A stretch of DNA of 64,000 nt from Bacteroidales bacterium (lineage in GTDB: Bacteria > Bacteroidota > Bacteroidia > Bacteroidales > TTA-H9): NCBI GenBank assembly GCA_030656615.1, contig JAUSOY010000061.1:25319-89318 (forward strand), given 5' to 3'. How positions within the stretch are numbered: position 1 is the first letter of the stretch; each line of letters opens with the position of its first letter. Shown piece after piece: positions 58,436 through 64,000 of this stretch. The translations under genes and the position numbers were made by a program. The notes beneath the pieces are model-generated. The model was given only the letters and a program-made list of their open reading frames with translations, was not told where the DNA came from and ran no database searches.

Positions 58436-58472
58436 TTTCACTAATCACTGATTACTAATAACTAATAAAGTT
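58410..58472 (+). repeat. heptanucleotide tandem array (9 phase-locked units)
   Basis: cgtaatt cgtaatt gataatt cgtaatt tcactaa tcactga ttactaa taactaa taaagtt. Units start at 58410 and every 7 nt after that. Confidence 0.85.
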
Positions 58473-58656
58473 GGCTGTTCATTCGTTTTCAGTGGCTGAG
58501 CCTTCGAGTGCAGTTCGACAAACTCACTGCTTGCCTCAGACCTCGGTTCTCCAACGATGGATGAGGCTCTCGAAGCCAACAGAGAGGAATTTGACTTGCT
58601 CACTGGCCTGGGCTTTAGCTGCCCTTACAGGGCGTTATTCGATTTCTATTTTAATA

Positions 58657-58675
58657 CCCCGGGATTCTCCCGGGG
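58657..58675. other. GC-rich hairpin in variable block 2
   Basis: ccccggg-attct-cccgggg (7-bp stem). Neighbouring small hairpins are gccct-tac-agggc (58621-58633) and gggc-tttca-gccc (58688-58700). Confidence 0.65.
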
Positions 58676-58784
58676 CTATATTTAACTGGGCTTTCAGCCC
58701 GAACCACCACCGGTATTTTCCTGATTTATTTTAAATTGGTCAATTTTTATCAAGCAACTAACAGAATAATGGACATCTCAATTG

Positions 58785-58862
58785 CTCATTTTCTCCCATT
58801 CTCCCACTCTCCCTCTCTCCTCTTCTCCCTCGTAATTCGTAATTGCTAATTCGTAATTTCAC
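58785..58862 (+). repeat. diverged third copy of the repeat
   Basis: Shares ccctctctcctcttctccc and cgtaattcgtaattgctaattcgtaatttcac with copies A and B. The CT-rich part is rearranged. Confidence 0.75.
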
Positions 58863-58865
58863 AAA
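58831..58865 (+). repeat. heptanucleotide tandem array (5 units)
   Basis: cgtaatt cgtaatt gctaatt cgtaatt tcacaaa. Confidence 0.8.
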
Positions 58866-58879
58866 ATTGGCTGTTCATC

Positions 58880-58895
58880 CCCGAAAGCTTTCGGG
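58880..58895. other. perfect 16-nt palindrome in variable block 3
   Basis: cccgaaagctttcggg. Confidence 0.7.
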
Positions 58896-58915
58896 ATTCA
58901 CTGGTCAATATTCGT

Positions 58916-59036
58916 TGCTGCATTTTCTCATCTTCTCCCACTCTCCCTCTCTCAACTTCTCTCTCTCTCACCCTCGCCCTTTCTCCTTTTCTCCCTTTCT
59001 CACATTCCCATCACTTCTTCACTTCTTCACTCCATC
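58916..59036 (+). repeat. ~120-nt polypyrimidine (CT-rich) tract
   Basis: gcattttctcatcttctcccactctccctctctcaacttctctctctctcaccctcgccctttctccttttctccctttctcac..., ending in cacttcttcacttcttcac. Purines on the plus strand are sparse. Confidence 0.85.
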
Positions 59037-59058
59037 ACGCATTTCCTTAAAAACCTCC

Positions 59059-59511
59059 CTAAATAACATCCACTATCTTCGTCTTTAACCCGTTAAACGA
59101 ATATTCGTCCCCTTTCTTAAGTCCGCTGATGTGCTTAAATAACGGAACCTGTGAGGATATTACAAAACAATCCGTTTCCATCACTCTGACTTTTCCAAGG
59201 CCGATACCAACCAATAAAATTGCAGAATCAGTAACCACCAGCGAGCCCGGGCCAATAGTGGAGCCAGACTTTTCAAAGTCGATTTTCCCCATAACTTCAA
59301 TATTATTCAGAGCTCTCTGGTATTGTTGAGCAAACATATCGCGCTTAAGCATGTTCTGAGCCCGGAAAGAATCATATCTATCCTTAGGGGCACCGTAATC
59401 ATTCGCTGCCTGCTGGTGCTCATTCATGGCCGTTTTTGCTGCATCAGCCTGCGAATGAATCAGTTCGTAACATGCCTGCAGTAATTGTTTCTTTAGTTCT
59501 GAATAGTTCAT
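59059..59511 (-). CDS. hypothetical protein, possibly GreA/GreB C-terminal-domain-like
   Basis: 150 aa from MNYSELKK. The helical N-terminal half and the C-terminal segment (IGPGSLVV...ISSQVPLFKHISGLKKGDEYSF) resemble the GreA FKBP-like domain. This is a weak call. Confidence 0.45.
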   Translation of the reverse strand: MNYSELKKQLLQACYELIHSQADAAKTAMNEHQQAANDYGAPKDRYDSFRAQNMLKRDMFAQQYQRALNNIEVMGKIDFEKSGSTIGPGSLVVTDSAILLVGIGLGKVRVMETDCFVISSQVPLFKHISGLKKGDEYSFNGLKTKIVDVI

Positions 59512-59569
59512 AATCGAAAGTGTCTGATAAAAGTACAGATTTCTATCGAAAAATGCCGGCGCGAGTTTG

Positions 59570-59577
59570 TACCTTTG
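59570..59577 (+). promoter_or_regulatory. -7 box TACCTTTG upstream of UPF0316 gene
   Basis: Matches TAnnTTTG, 28 nt before the ATG at 59605. Confidence 0.5.
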
Positions 59578-59604
59578 CCGCCGAAACAACATTTATTATA
59601 TTAC

Positions 59605-60201
59605 ATGAGCGATTTATTAAATACTCAATCCGAACTATTTGCCCTCGTCATTATTCCATTATTAATCTTTATTAGCCGCATCATCGATCAGAGCATCGGG
59701 ACACTAAGGCTGATTTTTGTGGCGAAAGGTTTTAAACTACTGGCACCTCTTCTGGGATTTTTTGAAGTAATAATCTGGGTTATTGCCATTGGACAAATCA
59801 TGCAGCACCTTGATAATGTTTTTTGTTATCTGGCTTATGGTGGTGGCTTTGCTGCAGGAAATTATATTGGAATTTATCTCGAAGAAAAACTATCGCTGGG
59901 AACCGTTCTTATACGCGTAATGCCAAAAAAAGACACGACCGAACTCGTCAGCAACCTTAAGGAAGCCAACTTTGGTGTAACCATGATGGATGCAGAGGGA
60001 AGTACAGGAAAAATAAAGATTTTACTCTCCATCATCAAGCGTAAAGAACTCAAACAATATGTGCCAATAATCAATAAGTTCAACCCAAATGCGTTTTATA
60101 CTGTTGAAGAGATTAAATCGGTTCATAGTGGGATTTTTCGTACCAATGGGAAATCAAAGGGTATTTCAGGAATTCTCGCAGGAATCACCAAGAAAAAATA
60201 A
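59605..60201 (+). CDS. UPF0316/DUF2179-family membrane protein
   Basis: Three N-terminal TM helices (IIDQSIGTLRLIFVAKG...) and a C-terminal DUF2179-like domain (TMMDAEGSTG...FYTVEEI). Start set at MSDLLN. Confidence 0.75.
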   Translation: MSDLLNTQSELFALVIIPLLIFISRIIDQSIGTLRLIFVAKGFKLLAPLLGFFEVIIWVIAIGQIMQHLDNVFCYLAYGGGFAAGNYIGIYLEEKLSLGTVLIRVMPKKDTTELVSNLKEANFGVTMMDAEGSTGKIKILLSIIKRKELKQYVPIINKFNPNAFYTVEEIKSVHSGIFRTNGKSKGISGILAGITKKK

Positions 60202-60279
60202 TTTTTTCTTTTTCATTCAACATCATCGGTTTTCGACTGTTATTTTATAACGAAAGCTGGCTTGCATTCGAAAAACCTT

Positions 60280-60287
60280 TAAATTTG
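60280..60287 (+). promoter_or_regulatory. -7 box TAAATTTG upstream of thrS
   Basis: Matches TAnnTTTG and predicts a ~50-nt leader containing the 60309-60330 hairpin. Confidence 0.5.
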
Positions 60288-60308
60288 CCGCCTTTTAAAT
60301 ATGAACAT

Positions 60309-60330
60309 CTGTCGGGTTTGTAGCCGACGG
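60309..60330 (+). promoter_or_regulatory. thrS leader hairpin with tRNA-Thr(UGU) anticodon-loop-like loop (candidate translational operator)
   Basis: 7-bp stem ctgtcgg/ccgacgg (one U-G). The 8-nt loop GUUUGUAG contains U-UGU-A. It sits 15 nt upstream of the thrS ATG. Confidence 0.35.
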
Positions 60331-60345
60331 AAAAGACACAAAACA

Positions 60346-62286
60346 ATGATAAACATTACTTTACCCGATCTTAGCGTACGTCAGTACGAAACAGGGATTA
60401 CCGGTCTCGAAATCGCCCGCAGTATCAGCGAAGGTTTGGCTCGTAACGTCCTGGCCATCAAAGTTAACGATGAAATTTGGGATGCTACGCGTTCTATTTC
60501 ATCCGATGCCAGTATAAAACTATTAACCTGGGATAGCGATGAAGGCAAGGCCGCCATGTGGCATTCATCCGCTCATTTGATGGCAGAAGCCATTGATGCA
60601 TTGTACCCCGGAGTTAAATTTGGTATAGGCCCCGATATCGAAAATGGTTTCTATTATGATATTGATTTTGGAGACCATCAGATTTCATCCGACGATTTTA
60701 AAAAAATTGAAGATAAAATGACGGAGTTTGCCCGTCAGAAACAAACTTTCCAGCGCAAAGACATCAGTAAAACGGAAGCTTTGGAGTTCTTTACCAAAAA
60801 GGGTGACGAATACAAACTGGAGCTTATCTCCGAACTCGAAGACGGTACCATTACCTTATACGAATCAGGCCAGTTTACAGACCTTTGTCGTGGACCTCAT
60901 ATCCCCGATACCAGTCAGATTAAGGCAATAAAACTATTATCGACCGCCGGAGCGTATTGGAGAGGAAGCGAAAAACGCAAAATGCTTACCCGCATTTATG
61001 GCATTACCTTTCCAAAGGCTGCCTTGCTTACCGAATACTTGCTGATGCTTGAAGAAGCTAAAAAACGCGACCATCGGAAAATTGGAAAAGACCTCGACCT
61101 GTTTCATTTTAGTCAGAAAGTTGGCAACGGATTACCACTCTGGACGCCAAAAGGTGCCGACCTGAGAGAACGACTGACCGATTTCCTTAAAAAAGAATTA
61201 TATAAACGTGGTTACCATCTGGTTCATACTCCAAATATCGGAAATGTAAATCTCTATAAAACTTCTGGTCACTACGAAAAATATGGTGAGGATGCCTTCA
61301 AACCCATTCAAACGCCTGAAGAAGGTGAAGAATTCATGCTCAAACCCATGAATTGTCCCCATCATTGTGAGATTTACAACCGTAAACCCGTTTCTTACAA
61401 AGAGTTACCCATGCGCATGGCCGAATTCGGAACCGTATACCGTTACGAGCAATCGGGTGTACTTCACGGATTAACGCGTGTCAGAGGATTTACTCAGGAC
61501 GATGCTCATATTTTCTGCCGCCCCGATCAATTGAAACAGGAATTTATGGATGCCATCGACTTAGTCCTGTATTTATTCAAGGCATTTGATTTCAAAGAAT
61601 TTATAGCTCAGGTATCCCTGCGTGACCCAAAAAACACAGAAAAATATATCGGAAGCGACGAAAATTGGGAAAGAGCAGAGCAGGCAATTATAGATGCCGC
61701 GAACGAAAAAAACCTGAATCCGATTCTGGAAGAAGGCGAAGCGGCCTTTTATGGACCCAAACTCGACTTCATTGTTAAGGATGCTATTGGCCGTAAGTGG
61801 CAATTAAGCACGATTCAGGTGGATTACAATCTTCCCGAACGCTTTGAACTTGAGTATATTGGCAACGACAATCAACGTCACCGCCCCATCATGATTCACC
61901 GCGCTATCTTCGGTTCCATCGAACGTTTTGTGGCCGTAATGATAGAACATACTGCCGGAAAATTCCCTTTATGGCTGGCTCCCACACAGGCTATCATTCT
62001 GCCGATCAGCGAAAAATATCAGATTTATGCCGAAAAAGTTTTAAAACTGCTGAAAAATTCCGACATTCGCGCCCTGATTGATGACCGAAGCGAGAAAACC
62101 GGTAAGAAAATCAGAGATGCTGAACTTCAAAGAATTCCGTATATGCTGGTTGTTGGCGAGAAAGAAGAAGCCGATGGCAGTGTTTCTGTGCGTAAGCAAG
62201 GAGTCGGAGATTTAGGATCAGAAAGCATCACTGATTATATCGAGCGTATTCATCAAGAAATTAAAGTTGTGGTCAGTGAAGACTAA
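60346..62286 (+). CDS. thrS: threonine--tRNA ligase
   Basis: TGS domain start MINITLPD, editing-domain HSSAHLMA, class II motifs and an anticodon-binding domain. The ORF-track start at 60301 lies in the leader hairpin. Confidence 0.95.
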   Translation: MINITLPDLSVRQYETGITGLEIARSISEGLARNVLAIKVNDEIWDATRSISSDASIKLLTWDSDEGKAAMWHSSAHLMAEAIDALYPGVKFGIGPDIENGFYYDIDFGDHQISSDDFKKIEDKMTEFARQKQTFQRKDISKTEALEFFTKKGDEYKLELISELEDGTITLYESGQFTDLCRGPHIPDTSQIKAIKLLSTAGAYWRGSEKRKMLTRIYGITFPKAALLTEYLLMLEEAKKRDHRKIGKDLDLFHFSQKVGNGLPLWTPKGADLRERLTDFLKKELYKRGYHLVHTPNIGNVNLYKTSGHYEKYGEDAFKPIQTPEEGEEFMLKPMNCPHHCEIYNRKPVSYKELPMRMAEFGTVYRYEQSGVLHGLTRVRGFTQDDAHIFCRPDQLKQEFMDAIDLVLYLFKAFDFKEFIAQVSLRDPKNTEKYIGSDENWERAEQAIIDAANEKNLNPILEEGEAAFYGPKLDFIVKDAIGRKWQLSTIQVDYNLPERFELEYIGNDNQRHRPIMIHRAIFGSIERFVAVMIEHTAGKFPLWLAPTQAIILPISEKYQIYAEKVLKLLKNSDIRALIDDRSEKTGKKIRDAELQRIPYMLVVGEKEEADGSVSVRKQGVGDLGSESITDYIERIHQEIKVVVSED

Positions 62287-62317
62287 CCCCAACGATTTTA
62301 TTGTTTCACTAATCACT

Positions 62318-62323
62318 GGAGGA
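62318..62323 (+). promoter_or_regulatory. Shine-Dalgarno-like GGAGGA ahead of the putative ATA start of infC
   Basis: GGAGGA lies 7 nt upstream of ATA 62331. Strong SD sequences were not seen by eye upstream of most other genes in this window. Confidence 0.5.
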
Positions 62324-62330
62324 CAAAGCA

Positions 62331-62885
62331 ATAGCTACACCATTTAAACGTAATTACCGACCCGTTCGCAGGGTTCAGGAAGAACCTTACAAGGTCAACG
62401 AAAAAATCAAGGCACCCATAGTGCGTCTGGTAGGCGAGGATATCGAACAGAATATTATGTCGATACGCGAAGCCCTCGAAATTGGACAGCAAATGGATCT
62501 TGACGTGGTGGAGATATCTCCCAGTGCCAATCCTCCTGTTTGTAAACTGATCGACTACAAAAAATTTCTGTATGAATTAAAACGCAAACAGAAAGAAATG
62601 AAAGCCAAGTCGGCTAAAGTAGTGGTGAAAGAAATCAGACTAGGACCCAACACCGATGAACACGATTATGATTTCAAACTAAAGCATGCCTGTAACTTCT
62701 TGAAAGAGGGTGCCAAAGTTAAAGTCGAAGTCTTTTTCAAAGGACGGAGTATTATTTACAAAGATAAAGGCGAAATTATCATGCTCAAATTTGCCACCTC
62801 TCTCGAAGAATTCGGTACGGTGGAAAGCCTTCCCAAACTCGAAGGAAAACGAATGATTATGATCATCTCACCCAAAAAACAGTAA
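62331..62885 (+). CDS. infC: translation initiation factor IF-3, probable non-AUG (ATA) start
   Basis: The IF-3 frame is open back to the TAA at 62310-62312. The upstream in-frame sequence (I)ATPFKRNYRPVRRVQEEPYKVNEKIKAPIVRLVGE matches the IF-3 N-terminal pattern. ATA at 62331 lies 7 nt after GGAGGA (62318-62323). The exact start is uncertain. Confidence 0.8.
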   Translation: MATPFKRNYRPVRRVQEEPYKVNEKIKAPIVRLVGEDIEQNIMSIREALEIGQQMDLDVVEISPSANPPVCKLIDYKKFLYELKRKQKEMKAKSAKVVVKEIRLGPNTDEHDYDFKLKHACNFLKEGAKVKVEVFFKGRSIIYKDKGEIIMLKFATSLEEFGTVESLPKLEGKRMIMIISPKKQ

Positions 62886-62919
62886 GAGATTTTTTTAATA
62901 TAATTCAAACTCAGGAAGA

Positions 62920-63114
62920 ATGCCTAAGATGAAAACCAAATCCAGCGCCAAAAAAAGGTTCACCTTTACCGGTACTGGTAAAATCAAAAGGAAGCATGCT
63001 TACAAAAGCCACATTCTGACCAAAAAATCGAAAAAACGCAAACGGAATCTAACTTATTCTACAATCGTTAGTTCGGCTGATTTGGTTAAGGTACGTGATA
63101 TGTTAGTTTGCTAA
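62920..63114 (+). CDS. rpmI: 50S ribosomal protein L35
   Basis: 64 aa starting [14 protein letters not shown]. Confidence 0.95.
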   Translation: MPKMKTKSSAKKRFTFTGTGKIKRKHAYKSHILTKKSKKRKRNLTYSTIVSSADLVKVRDMLVC

Positions 63115-63195
63115 ATTCATTAAATTTTTAACTTGCTCTCAGCTCAAAAAGTTCCTGATTAAACCCCAGGGCGCTGAAGCAAAAAACTCTAAGTT

Positions 63196-63540
63196 ATGCC
63201 AAGGTCAGTTAATACTGTAGCATCAAGAGCCAGAAGGAAAAAACTCCTGAAGCTCACCCGCGGACAATACGGACGCCGCAAAAACGTCTGGACAGTTGCT
63301 AAAAACTCCTGGGAAAAAGGACAAGGATATGCGTATCGCGATCGTAAAACGAAAAAACGCTCCTTCCGTGGTCTATGGATCATGCGTATCAACGCTGCTA
63401 TCCGCGAACATGGAATGTCTTATTCCGTATTTATGGGTAAACTCCATAAAAGTGGTATTGAAATTAACCGCAAGGTCCTTGCCGACCTCGCCATGAACCA
63501 TCCACAAGCATTCAAAGCTGTGGTGGATCAGGTACAATAG
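63196..63540 (+). CDS. rplT: 50S ribosomal protein L20
   Basis: 114 aa starting [16 protein letters not shown]. Confidence 0.95.
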   Translation: MPRSVNTVASRARRKKLLKLTRGQYGRRKNVWTVAKNSWEKGQGYAYRDRKTKKRSFRGLWIMRINAAIREHGMSYSVFMGKLHKSGIEINRKVLADLAMNHPQAFKAVVDQVQ

Positions 63541-63559
63541 ATACACTACGAAAATGATG

Positions 63560-63586
63560 ACCGGCCTCAATAGAGCCGGTTTTTTT
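63560..63586 (+). terminator. intrinsic terminator of rplT operon
   Basis: accggc-(9 nt)-gccggt followed by TTTTTT. Confidence 0.8.
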
Positions 63587-63603
63587 GTACCTTTAACACA
63601 CCT

Positions 63604-64000
63604 ATGACAATCTCTGAAAGATATCAGGAATTCATCGCCTGGTTCAGTAAAAATATGCCCCTGGCAGAAACAGAGCTGCATTACCAAAGCCCTTACCAGC
63701 TTCTGGTGGCGGTAATCCTTTCTGCACAGTGTACGGATAAACGAGTCAATTTAATTACCCCTGATTTTTTCCGGCGTTTCCCCGAAGCCGAAAGTTTGGC
63801 ACTGGCTTCACTTGATGAAGTTTTCAGCCTTATCCGCTCATGCTCCTACCCCAACAACAAAGCAAAACACCTTCTGGGGATGGCTCAGAAACTCGTTACG
63901 GACTTCGGAAGCATCGTGCCGGATTCGGTTGATGAACTTCAAAAGCTACCGGGAGTGGGTCGTAAAACTGCCAACGTCATCGCCTCCGTAGTATTTCATC
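63604..64000 (+). CDS. nth: endonuclease III, 3' end outside window
   Basis: Not in the ORF track because there is no stop in the window. ATG at 63604 opens MTISERYQEFIAWF...PYQLLVAVILSAQCTDKRVN...LPGVGRKTANV (HhH-GPD motif). Confidence 0.85.
   Translation, partial: MTISERYQEFIAWFSKNMPLAETELHYQSPYQLLVAVILSAQCTDKRVNLITPDFFRRFPEAESLALASLDEVFSLIRSCSYPNNKAKHLLGMAQKLVTDFGSIVPDSVDELQKLPGVGRKTANVIASVVFH

Larger units (their letters stand above)
58063..59040. repeat. composite repeat region between convergent genes (modular: polypyrimidine tract / heptad array / conserved 12-mer / GC-rich hairpin block)
   Basis: No credible ORF. The module order recurs three times, starting near 58096, 58351 and 58785, and a fourth polypyrimidine-only module follows at 58916-59036. 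Confidence 0.85.

Noticed and set aside
58471-58484. TTGGCTGTTCATTCG as a sigma-54 (-24/-12) promoter
   Set aside because: The GG-N10-GC spacing is not met: CG sits where GC is required. No enhancer-binding-protein gene is nearby.
58096-58862. Possible CRISPR array (direct repeats separated by unique sequence)
   Set aside because: The repeats are ~85 nt and low-complexity, not 24-48 nt. The spacings are irregular (255 and 434 nt). The 'spacers' themselves contain shared sub-repeats. No cas genes are in the window.
58471-59088. ORF-track entries 58471-58734 (87 aa) and 58843-59088 (81 aa) inside the repeat region
   Set aside because: Their translations are low-complexity read-outs of the CT-rich and heptad repeats (e.g. 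SPSLNFSLSHPRPFSFSPFLTF). They have no start context, and the heptads break frame conservation between repeat copies. I treat them as non-coding.
60301-60345. Upstream ATG (60301) as the thrS start, or a T-box / riboswitch leader
   Set aside because: The extension [15 protein letters not shown] is not ThrRS-like and spans the leader hairpin. The conserved TGS-domain N-terminus begins at MINITLPD (60346). The leader (~50 nt) is far too short for a T-box.
1-64000. tRNA, rRNA, tmRNA, RNase P or SRP RNA genes, and IS elements or prophage
   Set aside because: I scanned the intergenic regions longer than 100 bp by eye and found no cloverleaf-like or otherwise recognisable RNA gene. No transposase or integrase ORFs appear in the six-frame track. 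A tool-based scan (tRNAscan-SE, Infernal) is still advisable.

Overview
64-kb chromosomal segment that looks like a Bacteroidota genome. The signs are roughly 40% GC by eye, T9SS C-terminal sorting domains, a FeoA-FeoB fusion, a 287-aa RpoD, TAnnTTTG -7 boxes upstream of many genes and few Shine-Dalgarno sites. I support 58 densely packed protein-coding genes, mostly housekeeping or core metabolism:
- purM (5' partial), split transketolase, aconitase
- a FadL-type porin with an SGNH lipoprotein, and FeoAB
- an 8-gene beta-oxidation/butyryl-CoA-type cluster (crotonase, 3-hydroxyacyl-CoA DH, thiolase, FMN oxidoreductase, hydrolase, acyl-CoA DH, EtfB, EtfA)
- nnr, rpsT, radC, rpe, rpoD, pnp, rpsO, ffh, folD, queE
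- thrS-infC-rpmI-rplT and nth (3' partial)

I recognised no rRNA, tRNA, CRISPR array, transposase, integrase, phage gene or classical defence island.

The most unusual feature is a 1.2-kb gene-free region between convergent genes (57840-59058). It is built from repeated modules: a polypyrimidine tract, a phase-locked heptanucleotide array, a conserved 12-mer and a variable GC-rich hairpin block. I cannot assign it to any described element class.

Other items worth a second look:
- a MerR regulator with both CarH-type B12-photoreceptor signature motifs, next to an ECF sigma factor and divergent from a ferritin-like operon
- a GH130-like domain fused to an intact response-regulator receiver
- a thrS leader hairpin whose loop resembles a tRNA-Thr(UGU) anticodon loop
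- an orphan promoter-to-terminator unit between rpe and rpoD (candidate sRNA)
- an orphan HydE-like radical-SAM gene
- infC with an apparent ATA start behind a strong GGAGGA

All family assignments rest on motifs read by eye. None was checked against a database.
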